The position numbers were made by a program, and so were the translations under genes. A stretch of 64,000 nt of DNA, taken from the NCBI GenBank assembly GCA_000987045.1, contig LAKY01000049.1:37735-101734 (forward strand). Reading direction: 5' to 3'. Below, piece after piece: positions 10,049 to 18,975 of the stretch (its first letter is position 1; each line of letters begins with the position of its first letter). Origin of the DNA: Clostridiales bacterium PH28_bin88. GTDB taxonomy: Bacteria > Bacillota > PH28-bin88. Below the pieces are notes generated by a model. It did not search any database and was not told the DNA's origin. It worked only from the letters and a program-made list of their open reading frames with translations.

Positions 10049-10065
10049 AAGCACAATATGCACAA

Positions 10066-13000
10066 CTAGTTGATGCTAATGGTTATATCCTTGGATGAAG
10101 GGGTAATGGGAAAAGTAACCCGCCCCCTCTGCACTTCCATCACCCGACCGTCAATCTCCAGCACCGTGTCGACGGGACGCAGGGTCTGGGGGTCGCGCAC
10201 CTGGAGGGTGACATAGGTGGGTCTGCCAGGAACCAGTTCCCGGGGAAGCAACCCGATCACCCAGCGAGGCTTAAGGCTGTCCTTTTCATTGATCTCATCC
10301 AGTTGAACAGCCAGTTGGTAAGAAGAAAGGTCTTTGCCGAACAAGCTCAAAGCAGCTGAACTGTACACCACCATTTCCCAGTTGCCCGGCTTGGGATTCT
10401 CCACCGTTTTGGTAACATACCCCTGCACGATAGTGCCCTCAGGTCCCAGGCCGACATAATCGCTCATGATTACTTCCTGCCCGTCGGGGCTGATCAGGTG
10501 AAAACGCACCCGTCCCTCGTACTGGCCCTGGGTCAGCGGGACTTTAAGGCTAAAGGTAGCACGGTTTGTACCCGGGGGAACGCGGAAGAAGTACCTGCGA
10601 TGCTGGCCCGCCTCCAAACCCCCCTCCAGCTCTTGCCGGAAGTCGTTTTGTGGTGTCAAAAGGTACGGTCGAATGACCGTGGACATTAACCTCAATTCCA
10701 TTCCAGGGGTAGTTGGCACTATTCCCTTGATAAAACCTGTGTACACACCCGGTTCATCCGGTACCTGGTACTCCAATGCCACCCTGCGGTTAATACCGGT
10801 TGGCAGCAAGGTCTGGCGCGGCACTGTACGCATCCATGGAACCATGGTTTCCCAGAAAACTGTGATGGGTTCGTTTCCCTGGTTAACCATGTTATAGGAC
10901 AACTGCCCGGGGATAAAATCCCTGGCGTACAGCCCTTCCCCCATACCTAATTGGCGGTTATAGGTATAAGCTACGACCGGAGAAGTAGGAGGGAGGTCAC
11001 GCAACTTGGTCCAGGCAGCGGCTGCATCCAGCGCCCCGGCGCCTGCTTCTACAGCATTAAAATGCTTAATCGCGCGTGCCCCGGAGATAATCGCCTGTTT
11101 AATAGAAGCGGGTGAGACATTAAGTTTCGACCTGGAGGCACTGTCCAACAACATGGCGGCCACCCCTGCCGTGTGGGCGGCAGCAACACTGGTCCCCTCT
11201 ACCAGGGAGTACCCGGTCCCCATCCAGGTGGGAGAAGTGGAAACAGTGCTGCCCGGGGCCACCACCGTAGGTCCCATCATCCCGTCCTGCCGGGGCCCTA
11301 CGGAACTGAAATACCACAAGGTCTCGCGGGGCACCCGGTACCCGTAGTCTTCCAGCCACATGGCCGGAGAGATGTACGCCCCCACGCCGATAGCGCTCCT
11401 GGCATTTCCCGGGGTCGCCAGGGAAGCAAGCCCGGGCCCCTTGTTGCCCGCCGCGACAGTAAAGACGATTCCATTTTGTGCCGAAACCCGATCCACAAGT
11501 TGGGTGAGGCTGTTGTAGCCTGAAGTCATGTCCTGGTAGTTGGCGAGGCTGAGGTTAATGACCTTCGCCCCCGCCTGGGCGGCATACCGGATGGCTTCCG
11601 CCAACCTGTCCCAGGCCGCCTGCCCGTTTTTGTCCAGGGCTTTAATAACCAACAGCTGCGCTCCTGGGGCAACGCCTTTGACGGTACCGTTCGCGGCAAC
11701 CACGCCAGCAACCTGGGTACCGTGCCCGTTTCCGTCAAAACCCAGGACTACCTCACGCGCCCCGGTTTTGATCTCGCTGATGACAAAAGATACACCTGTT
11801 GCCTGGCCGGTAGAAGGGAAGCTGGCTGTTCCGCGGGCCAAACGGTACTCGCGCAGCGGGACCTCGTTGGCAAGGTTGCGATCACCATCGGTATCTACAT
11901 ATACCAAGTCATAACGGCCCGCTTCCCACGGGTCGGTTACTACCACCAGGAACCTGTCCGAGGTTGAACCGTTACCATTTAAGTCTACGCCGGCCCTGGC
12001 TTCTTCCAGGAATCCGTAACGGAAATTCCCGCTCTGGGAGTACAATCCCTTAAAACTGTACTGCTGACCGCCAATGGTATAGCTCTCATGACCGGACGGC
12101 AAGGTTCCGGCAGTCGCCACACGTCCCTCGTCAGTATAGTCTTTAAAGTCAACCACCTTGCCCGAACCTGTGCTGGTAACCTGCAGGTCCGGGTGGGTAG
12201 GATCAATCCCGGTGTCAATAATAGCAATAAGCACACCCCGGCCGTCGGCGCCGGTAAGGGAGGCCAACTTGCTGGCACCGGCTTCCTGTTTGGTGATCTC
12301 CAGGCTCCGCCCCGGGGATGCTGCCGATAGCTCTCCCGAGGCGCTCACTATCTCTTCTCCGAGCTTACGGGTATAATTTGTTGCTTCAGAGCTAAACCCA
12401 GCCGCCGAAGAGGACCACTTCAGTTGAACAGCGTCATCCAGCGGTGCGGTCAGTACCTGGACAAAAGTGGCGGCACCCTCCGAGTCCAGATTAACAAAGG
12501 CGGGCCGGGGTAGGTCCTTCGCTGCATCTTCCAACCGGGCAGGCTGACCGCCGAGATAAGTTTTGGCCTTTGCAGAAAGGTTCACCTCGACCCTTTGGCC
12601 GTTTAATGTAAAACCAATCTTGCCGGATTTCCCATCCACACTTTCCAAGTTGCTGTAAAAATCATATTTAGATCCGAACTCATCCATCAGGCGGTTGACC
12701 ATTGCCGCAGCTTCGGCCCTGGTGGCCAGCTCACGAGGTCGAAAGGTATTGTCGGGGAACCCCCCTACCAGCTTTCTTTCAGAAGCAATCGTGATGTCAT
12801 GCTGTGCCCATGCCGGAATCTGAGCCGCATCTGTATAAGCCGGGAGCACACCGCTTTGTCCATCAATTCGCAGCGCCCGCACCAGCATAGTGGCCATGTC
12901 CATCCGGCGGATATAGTCCCCCGGGCGGAAGCTGCCGTCGTCAAACCCCCGGATAATGCCCAGTTCATAAGCCAACTGAATATATCCCCTGGCCCAGTGC

Positions 13001-13299
13001 TCAGCCCCCACGTCCCTGAAGACAGACGGCACAGTTTCCAGCGTCCAGACCTCGTCCTCCGCACCCAGGGCTTTAATGAGGATCTTGGCGAACTCAGCCC
13101 TGGTCACGTAATTTTTTGGCTGGAAAGCGCCGTTGGTATAGCCGTCGATTACCCCGTGACTGGACAGTAGATCTATATCAAGTTGCGCCCAGTGGCCTTT
13201 GACGTCTTCGAAGGCCAGGGCAGAACCAGCAACGAGAAAAACATAACCTGTCAAACAAAAAGCCAGGAAGAAGCCAACAAATGCAATCCGGCGTTTCAT
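10066..13299 (-). CDS. Cell-wall-anchored subtilisin-like (S8) serine protease with three N-terminal SLH domains
   Basis: Signal peptide, SLH repeats, Asp box IAIIDTGID, His box GHGTQVAGV, Ser box GTSVAAAHTAG, and a long C-terminal beta-rich region. Confidence 0.9.
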   Translation of the reverse strand: MKRRIAFVGFFLAFCLTGYVFLVAGSALAFEDVKGHWAQLDIDLLSSHGVIDGYTNGAFQPKNYVTRAEFAKILIKALGAEDEVWTLETVPSVFRDVGAEHWARGYIQLAYELGIIRGFDDGSFRPGDYIRRMDMATMLVRALRIDGQSGVLPAYTDAAQIPAWAQHDITIASERKLVGGFPDNTFRPRELATRAEAAAMVNRLMDEFGSKYDFYSNLESVDGKSGKIGFTLNGQRVEVNLSAKAKTYLGGQPARLEDAAKDLPRPAFVNLDSEGAATFVQVLTAPLDDAVQLKWSSSAAGFSSEATNYTRKLGEEIVSASGELSAASPGRSLEITKQEAGASKLASLTGADGRGVLIAIIDTGIDPTHPDLQVTSTGSGKVVDFKDYTDEGRVATAGTLPSGHESYTIGGQQYSFKGLYSQSGNFRYGFLEEARAGVDLNGNGSTSDRFLVVVTDPWEAGRYDLVYVDTDGDRNLANEVPLREYRLARGTASFPSTGQATGVSFVISEIKTGAREVVLGFDGNGHGTQVAGVVAANGTVKGVAPGAQLLVIKALDKNGQAAWDRLAEAIRYAAQAGAKVINLSLANYQDMTSGYNSLTQLVDRVSAQNGIVFTVAAGNKGPGLASLATPGNARSAIGVGAYISPAMWLEDYGYRVPRETLWYFSSVGPRQDGMMGPTVVAPGSTVSTSPTWMGTGYSLVEGTSVAAAHTAGVAAMLLDSASRSKLNVSPASIKQAIISGARAIKHFNAVEAGAGALDAAAAWTKLRDLPPTSPVVAYTYNRQLGMGEGLYARDFIPGQLSYNMVNQGNEPITVFWETMVPWMRTVPRQTLLPTGINRRVALEYQVPDEPGVYTGFIKGIVPTTPGMELRLMSTVIRPYLLTPQNDFRQELEGGLEAGQHRRYFFRVPPGTNRATFSLKVPLTQGQYEGRVRFHLISPDGQEVIMSDYVGLGPEGTIVQGYVTKTVENPKPGNWEMVVYSSAALSLFGKDLSSYQLAVQLDEINEKDSLKPRWVIGLLPRELVPGRPTYVTLQVRDPQTLRPVDTVLEIDGRVMEVQRGRVTFPITPSSKDITISIN

Positions 13300-13511
13300 A
13301 CCGATAACCCCATTTCAACCCGTCCTGTCAGAATCAAAGACATCTGTTTAATTCTTCACAAGGCGCTGTTCTCCTCTTACCGGGCCAGGAAAAATATTGG
13401 GAATAACCCCATTTCTTATTAAACGCTAAAGAAAACTCGGCTTGCGCTAAAAAGACTTGCCCATTTATGGGATTAGTCGCGTTGATGCCTCCACAAAGGA
13501 ATAGCCAATTT

Positions 13512-13712
13512 CTAGGTGCGGAAGCCTAGTTGCACAAAAATATATCGGCCTAATCCGCTCTGACCATAAGCATAGTATCTTCCATCCCGGCCTTTGCGAA
13601 TCAGGGGCTGACGATAGAAAACTTCTTCTACCTCTTCTACGCTAATACCTTGGCGCACAGGTTTCCAGTAGTGATTTAATTTCATAAATTCACATTCAAG
13701 AACCGCCCCCAA
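13512..13712 (-). pseudogene. BrnT-like (DUF497-type) toxin, C-terminally truncated copy
   Basis: YWKPVRQGISVEEVEEVFYRQPLIRKGRDGRYYAYGQSGLGRYIFV matches the 16444-16727 copy. It then diverges and lacks the ...RPITARGMTDDER end. Confidence 0.5.
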
Positions 13713-13860
13713 TGTGTTTTTCTAGACAGACAAGATGAAGAGAGCCGAAGCTCTCCTTTGGAAAGGTTTGTGCGGACGATCCCACTACCTGTGCAAGACA
13801 GGAGAACCGTCGCCATGTCTCCCATGTCTCCTGTCTCCCCAAAACTTCCGATTGTCCCCT

Positions 13861-14133
13861 CTAAGAACCGTCTCCTGCGTTAATCGCATAATGGAGCATC
13901 ATTCGAATAAATGCAGTATAACCAAGTCCATGTTTTCTGGCGACCCTCTTAATAGCCACCAAGTCTTCCTTCGGGATCCTAACAGTAATGTGAACCATTT
14001 CCGGCCTTTCAAACTCTATTTGGCTATCTTGCCATTCTAGTTCTTCTGTGTCTATACTGTCAAAGTACTCTGCCATCTCCTCAACACCAGCAAACTTTGG
14101 CATCTGTCTGTTATTGTTTTCTCCTTCCATCAT
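13861..14133 (-). CDS. BrnA/CopG-like RHH antitoxin
   Basis: C-terminus ITVRIPKEDLVAIKRVARKHGLGYTAFIRMMLHYAI resembles BrnA antitoxins (isiRl...K..A...G.gYQt). It lies downstream of a toxin fragment. Confidence 0.55.
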   Translation of the reverse strand: MMEGENNNRQMPKFAGVEEMAEYFDSIDTEELEWQDSQIEFERPEMVHITVRIPKEDLVAIKRVARKHGLGYTAFIRMMLHYAINAGDGS

Positions 14134-14154
14134 AGCGCCTCCTTTCAGAAGTAG

Positions 14155-14282
14155 TCATATCTCTTGCGTAACCGGATAGATGATACCATGACCTTCGTAG
14201 ATGAAAATAAAGGTTATGTACCTGCCTTCACCCGTTTTACCCAGGAAGCGATATGCTTTTTCCTTCGGGTTGCGATCAGCTA
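14155..14282 (-). pseudogene. C-terminal fragment of a BrnT-like toxin, truncated by the 155-nt repeat module
   Basis: KEKAYRFLGKTGEGRYITFIFIYEGHGIIYPVTQEI. The upstream part of the track ORF (14283-14373) is repeat-derived. Confidence 0.5.
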
Positions 14283-14437
14283 ATCCCCATAGTCCTGGCG
14301 CACGCGACTTCGTTCTTCTGGGGCCAATCGAAAATTTTGCCAGCAGGTAGTAGGTATAAGAATTACGGCTCAACAGTCAGAAAACACCTGACTATCGAGC
14401 CTTTTTGACGGGCAAAACTTCCGATTGATCCCTGTAC
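14283..14437 (+). repeat. Copy b of the conserved IS-associated module
   Basis: About 155 nt, near-identical to 8885-9054 and 17857-18030. It includes the hairpin GGCTCAACAGTCAG-aaaacac-CTGACTATCGAGCC plus TTTTT. Confidence 0.9.
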
Positions 14438-14461
14438 GAACCGTCCGCAATAACCCATAGT

Positions 14462-14761
14462 TTAGGAGTGCCAGGCACCATCCGACCCTTTTAAGTAAAT
14501 CGAATCAGGACAGATATCCAGAATTCTACCGTCCAACTCCCAGGTAATTGCTCCGTTTCCTTTGGAAATGAACACACGCTTGAATTTGTTCCAATCCTTT
14601 AAGGGTTCAAAAACTCCATATAGTTTGTCCTTCATATGGTATTTCCTTATTTCGCCATTATTAAATTCCACGACAAGTGTGTAATCGGGCCTGGCTTCAA
14701 CTCTGGTAGCCTTCTTTATTCCGGTTTCGAAATACTTCTTGGCAATAGCAATCTCGTCCAT
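14462..14761 (-). CDS. DUF2442-family protein
   Basis: VEARPDYTLVVEFNNGEIRKYHMKD...FEPLKD...ITWELDGRILDICPDSIY fits the DUF2442 pattern. Confidence 0.7.
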   Translation of the reverse strand: MDEIAIAKKYFETGIKKATRVEARPDYTLVVEFNNGEIRKYHMKDKLYGVFEPLKDWNKFKRVFISKGNGAITWELDGRILDICPDSIYLKGSDGAWHS

Positions 14762-14773
14762 CTTTCTTCACTC

Positions 14774-15034
14774 CTATTTTAGACCTTCAATGGGGAATAA
14801 TTCCTGATTTTTCGAAGCCAAATTCCACTCTTCAAAAAGCTCTTCTTGATGCAACGCCGCCCACCCTAAGACCATCTTTTCAATCTTGTTTGGAAGTTTA
14901 CCATGTAGTATTTCCAGTTCTCTTATATCAACTACCGCTTCTTGACCGGCATACTCAGCATGAAAATGTGGAGGCAAATGGTCTTCCCAGTACATGTAAA
15001 TCTTAATGCCTCTAAACTGGCAGATTATTGGCAA
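14774..15034 (-). CDS. DUF4160-family protein
   Basis: FRGIKIYMYWEDHLPPHFHAEYAGQEAVVDI is the DUF4160 signature. It is paired with a downstream DUF2442 gene, as is usual. Confidence 0.75.
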   Translation of the reverse strand: MPIICQFRGIKIYMYWEDHLPPHFHAEYAGQEAVVDIRELEILHGKLPNKIEKMVLGWAALHQEELFEEWNLASKNQELFPIEGLK

Positions 15035-15175
15035 TGGCTGTTACCTCCTTTTCTTGCCTTATTTTCTATTATACCATAAAAACTAGTGGAAACAACAAAT
15101 CCCTCCACGGCTCTACGGCCGGGGCGCCAAAAGGAAAAGGGATCCGCCCGAAGTCCGAACCCCTTCCCCTGTAAT

Positions 15176-15243
15176 AACCTTCCCCATGTCTTCCTCAATG
15201 TGTTTCCTGCCTGCAAGACAGCGGAACCGTCCCCCTTGTCTCA
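15176..15243 (+). repeat. Solo arm motifs of the GGGGAC-hairpin family
   Basis: ttccccatgtcttcc ... cctgcctgcaagacagcggaaccgtcccccttgtctc. Confidence 0.8.
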
Positions 15244-15400
15244 ATCGCCTCAAACAAGCCATAATCGCCGAAAATGGAACTTGACAAAATGGTGTGATGG
15301 TGTTCTCGCTGGGAGAGGTGTAAGAAATAATCCTGAGGATGGCCTCGAAACTATTGATTTAACAAGGGGTTGTATTTTTCGGCAATGGCTCTAAGGAGAA

Positions 15401-15658
15401 TTAAGGAGTACTAGGCACCGTCCCTCGTTTTTTCTGGCTATAATCGAAAACCGGTACCATAACCTTTTTCACTGGCTTATATTCCTGCTTCGCAAACTTC
15501 AGCAACATGTCCGTAACATCACAAGAATAAGTTCTCTCCCCGCATTTAGTGCAAACATCAGCAGGTACATTTTCCACAAAAATATACTTTCCGTCATCTT
15601 CATAACTAAATGTTACAGTTCGCTTTTCGGTTTTACCTCCGCAGAAAACACACTGCAT
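15401..15658 (-). CDS. YgiT/MqsA-type zinc-finger protein (putative antitoxin)
   Basis: CVFCGG...VENVPADVCTKCGERTY is a four-Cys YgiT-type finger. Confidence 0.7.
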   Translation of the reverse strand: MQCVFCGGKTEKRTVTFSYEDDGKYIFVENVPADVCTKCGERTYSCDVTDMLLKFAKQEYKPVKKVMVPVFDYSQKKRGTVPSTP

Positions 15659-15663
15659 AGCAA

Positions 15664-15960
15664 TTACCTCCTGATTTTATAGTCAATCCACTGTCCAGGA
15701 TCAGGTTCATAAATTGTAATAACTACTATCCTGGGAGGCAGAGAGAGTTGAACATGTAAAGGTCTTCCCTTCTTTGTTTGACCGTAAATAAGGCAGCTTG
15801 GTGAATACTTATCTTCAGGATACTCTTCGACAATTTCTCCGGTCAAAATCACTTCTTCTACTTCCAACCTATCGACCTGTCCCCATGTCTCTATAATGGT
15901 TCTCCCGAACCGTTGACATGACATGACTAGATCAACGGAATTCCATTGTATTAAAAACAT
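15664..15960 (-). CDS. DUF4258-family protein (putative toxin); N-terminus partly repeat-derived
   Basis: LEVEEVILTGEIVEEYPEDKYSPSCLIYGQTKKGRPLHVQLSLPPRIVVITIYEPDPGQW. The codons ETWGQV upstream are the gagacatggggaca repeat motif, so the true start is uncertain. Confidence 0.6.
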   Translation of the reverse strand: MFLIQWNSVDLVMSCQRFGRTIIETWGQVDRLEVEEVILTGEIVEEYPEDKYSPSCLIYGQTKKGRPLHVQLSLPPRIVVITIYEPDPGQWIDYKIRR

Positions 15961-16154
15961 CAGACTCTTTCAATTCACATTGAAGAAACATCCCCAATAT
16001 GCTGTTATTTTCAATCCAGTAACTGTTTTGAATGATAAATGAAGATAATTTCTATAATTCCCGTTTTTTTTAACCGGTAGACTATCCGAAATGGGTGAAG
16101 TAAGACATGGGAACTGTCCCCTTGTCTCCCTCCCAAAGTATTCTGTCTTTCCCC

Positions 16155-16484
16155 CTATCTTTCCTGCTTAATTTTCTCTGCCAACCACATCTTGATCATG
16201 GTCTGATAAGGGATCCCTTTACCCTCGGCGATTTTTTTTATTTGATTTAGATGCTTACTGTTGACCCGTATGTTTATTCTTGTAGTAGTGGGCCTTTCCC
16301 CTTCCATCTCGAAATCTACCGGCTCCAGTTGATTCCAATATGGTGCTGTGGAATGCGTTTCCCAATATTCGGCCGCCTGCTCGTCATCATGAATTCGGGG
16401 CATCTCAGGCACATTTTTCTTTTCTGGAAAGTTTTCTCCTTTTCTACCCACGTTGATGCTCCCTCCTGTAGAGTTTTCTTTCAT
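16155..16484 (-). CDS. BrnA/CopG-like RHH antitoxin
   Basis: INIRVNSKHLNQIKKIAEGKGIPYQTMIKMWLAEKI matches the BrnA C-terminal pattern. Confidence 0.6.
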   Translation of the reverse strand: MKENSTGGSINVGRKGENFPEKKNVPEMPRIHDDEQAAEYWETHSTAPYWNQLEPVDFEMEGERPTTTRINIRVNSKHLNQIKKIAEGKGIPYQTMIKMWLAEKIKQER

Positions 16485-16727
16485 CGTCAGTCATTCCCCT
16501 GGCAGTGATTGGTCTGATTATTCCTCTACCCTTGTACACAAATACCACAAAAATATATCGCCCTAATCCGCTCTGACCATAAGCATAGTACTATATCTTT
16601 CATCACGTCCTTTGCGAATCATGGGCTGATGATAGAAAACTTCTTCTGCCTCTTCTACGCTAATACCATGGCGTACAGGTTTCCAGTAGTTTGCTTCGTC
16701 CCATTTAAACGTCCTGCCCTTCAACAT
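16444..16727 (-). pseudogene. BrnT-like toxin with an internal frameshift (about 5-nt insertion)
   Basis: MLKGRTFKWDEANYWKPVRHGISVEEAEEVFYHQPMIRKGRDERY, then a stop. The shifted frame continues YAYGQSGLGRYIFVVFVYKGRGIIRPITARGMTDDERKLYRR. It overlaps the brnA-like start. Confidence 0.6.
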
Positions 16728-16986
16728 CAATTACCCCAACACCGCTGTACGTACATTGTACCCACGCATAAGACATTTGTCAACAACCAGCAGAAAGACA
16801 CTTCTTTGAAGTTATGAAGTTGTCTGTGACTTAATTTCGAAATTCACATTCAAGTACCGTCCCCATGTCTCCTCACACTCAACAATTTCTTTATTTTATT
16901 GGGATATGGATATGGAAAAGCTTCAGCGAAAGTACTATAATATAATAAGTAGAAGGGTTGACCCTGATTGAGGGGAATGACTTTTC

Positions 16987-17427
16987 GTGAGAATCTATCT
17001 TGATGCTTGCTGTCTCAACCGCCCTTTTGACGATCAGACCCAAGACCGAATCAGGTTGGAATCGGAGGCGGTTCTTTCAATTTTGAACCGTTGCCAGATG
17101 GGAGAATGGCAATTAATAGGCAGCGAAGCCCTAGATTATGAAATATTCAAGATACCGGATGATGACCGTAAGCAAAAAGTATTGATCCTCGCTGGTCTTG
17201 TCCAGTCGAAGGTATTCCTTGACGTAAAGGTGGTGCAACAGGCCAACCTGTTGCAGGAGGCCGGGTTAGCGGCTTTAGACGCCCTTCACATATCATGTGC
17301 CGAAAAAGGTGGGGCCAACGCCTTGCTTACTACTGATGACAGGTTGGTCCGACAGGCTGCGCGAACGAAAGCTCTAATCAAAATCACGGTGGCAAATCCG
17401 ATTAGCTGGCTAATGGAGGTGTTTTGA
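16987..17427 (+). CDS. PIN-domain nuclease (146 aa, GTG start)
   Basis: MRIYLDACCLNRPFDD... and ...LDALHISCAEKGGANALLTTDDRL show PIN-like acidic residues. Confidence 0.7.
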   Translation: MRIYLDACCLNRPFDDQTQDRIRLESEAVLSILNRCQMGEWQLIGSEALDYEIFKIPDDDRKQKVLILAGLVQSKVFLDVKVVQQANLLQEAGLAALDALHISCAEKGGANALLTTDDRLVRQAARTKALIKITVANPISWLMEVF

Positions 17428-17634
17428 ATGATACAAGATCAAGCCGCAACTCCCAACCAAATCAGGAAAGCTGGGATAGATGCCTTATCTAAAACCCTCG
17501 GTCCCGTAGGTATGACACGGTTTTTACAGCAGTTTGACCCAGGAAAAGGTGATTATACTAAAGAAAGAGAGCAGTGGCTTGGCAGAATAAGCATTGAACA
17601 GGTCGCCAAAGAGGTTCAGCGAGAGAAGGAGTAA
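17428..17634 (+). CDS. 68-aa partner of the PIN nuclease (putative antitoxin encoded downstream)
   Basis: The ATG follows the PIN stop with no gap. It is near-identical to 8030-8239. Confidence 0.55.
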   Translation: MIQDQAATPNQIRKAGIDALSKTLGPVGMTRFLQQFDPGKGDYTKEREQWLGRISIEQVAKEVQREKE

Positions 17635-17642
17635 AAATAAAT

Positions 17643-17680
17643 GGCCTTACCCTCAATTCAATGGGAAGGCCTTTTTTTTT
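17643..17680 (+). terminator. Rho-independent terminator
   Basis: GGCCTTACCC...GGGAAGGCC stem followed by T9. Confidence 0.75.
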
Positions 17681-17810
17681 GATAAGGTGGACCTTTTCGT
17701 CTTAGAGGTACCAGACCCTCCCGCCATTTACCAGGGTGTTCTTTTGTCGAATTTTTGGATTATCAGGTACCATTCTTTACGCGCAAGGGGAACCGTCCCC
17801 ATGTCTTCAC

Positions 17811-18030
17811 ATCAAGGAAATTGGCGAGTATATCCCGCCAAGTTACGCCAAAGGGAAAAGATTGAATCCCCATAGTCCTGGCGCACGCGACTTCGTTCTT
17901 CTGGGCCAATCGAAAATTTTGCCAGCAGGTAGTAAGTACAAGAATTACGGCTCAACAGTCAGTAAACACCTGACTATTGAGCCTTTTTGACGGGCAAAAC
18001 TTCCGATTGATCCCTGTAAGAACCGTCCCC
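17811..18030 (+). repeat. Copy c of the IS-associated module (includes tnpA codons IKEIGEY...)
   Basis: Near-identical to 8839-9054. It starts immediately after a gaaccgtccccatgtcttcac motif. Hairpin plus T5 at 17949-17988. Confidence 0.9.
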
Positions 18031-18791
18031 AGTGTCTCATGCACGGTCTGCCGTCCCCATGTCTTTGTAGACAGGAGAACCGTCCCCTTGTCTCCCAACT
18101 GTATCCATATCTTTCTAGATACTTCATCAATACCTTCCAGGCTGCCGTAAAAATCGTATTTTGTTCCATAAATATGCATCATTCGGTTGACCATAGCTAC
18201 GGCCTCAGCTCTAGTGGCTAGATGACGAGGGCGAAAGGTTTTGTCGGGGAACCCCCCTACCAGCTTTCTTTCAGAGGCAATCGCGATGCTTTGCTGTGCC
18301 CAAGCCGGAATTTGTTCTAAGTCTGCGTAAGCTGGTAGTACGGAGCGTTCTTCTTCAATCCGCAGGGCCCTCACCAGCATAACGGCCATGTCCATCCGGC
18401 GAATGTTTTCATTCGGCCGAAAGGTTCCATCGTCAAACCCCCTGATCATGCCTAGTTCGTAAGCGAGTTGAATATAACCCCTTGCCCAATGCTCGGCTCC
18501 CACGTCCCCAAAAACGGAAGGTACCGTTTCTAGAGCCCAGACCTCGTCCTCCATACCAAGCGCCTTAATTAGGATTTTGGCGAACTCTGCGCGAGTTATG
18601 TTATTTTTAGGTAGGAAAGTACCATTAGGATAACCGTCAACTACCCCCTGACTAGAAAGCAAGTCTATATCAAGCTGAGCCCAATGACCCTTTACGTCAT
18701 CAAAGGCAAGGGCAGCACCAGCAATACTAAACGTAGCACCAAGCAAACATAAAGAAAGGAAAAGACCAAGAAATATGAGTCTACGAGTCAT
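17952..18791 (-). pseudogene. N-terminal (signal peptide plus three SLH domains) fragment of an SLH/S8 protease paralogue
   Basis: Aligns to residues 1-225 or so of the 10066-13299 protein. Homology ends near 18095, where the reading frame runs into GGGGAC-family repeats. Confidence 0.7.
18017..18100 (+). repeat. Cluster of three GAACCGTCCCC-type arm motifs
   Basis: gaaccgtccccagtgtctc, ctgccgtccccatgtctt, gagaaccgtccccttgtctcc. Confidence 0.85.
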
Positions 18792-18895
18792 AATAAGCTC
18801 AACCCCGTCTCAAATAGTCTCAGCAAATCAAAATACATCTGTTTAATTCTTCATCAGACACTTTTCTCCTTTTATCAGGCTGGGAAAAATATTGA

Positions 18896-18938
18896 CAAAA
18901 AAGAAGGGCTCCAGGTAGAAACCTGAAACCCCTCTTCT
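18896..18938 (-). terminator. Probable terminator of the S-layer gene
   Basis: The minus strand shows an imperfect stem GAAGAGGGGTTTCAGG / CCTGGAGCCCTTC followed by T6. Confidence 0.5.
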
Positions 18939-18975
18939 ACTCGCCTCCGGTATTTCCTGTCCGGAAATTCCTTGG

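Noticed and set aside
8240-18100. Integron-like cassette array (small cassettes separated by imperfect palindromes)
   Set aside because: The repeats lack the R''/R' GTTRRRY core architecture of attC sites. No intI-type integrase is present, and the cassettes are in mixed states of decay. An IS200/REP-like explanation fits better.
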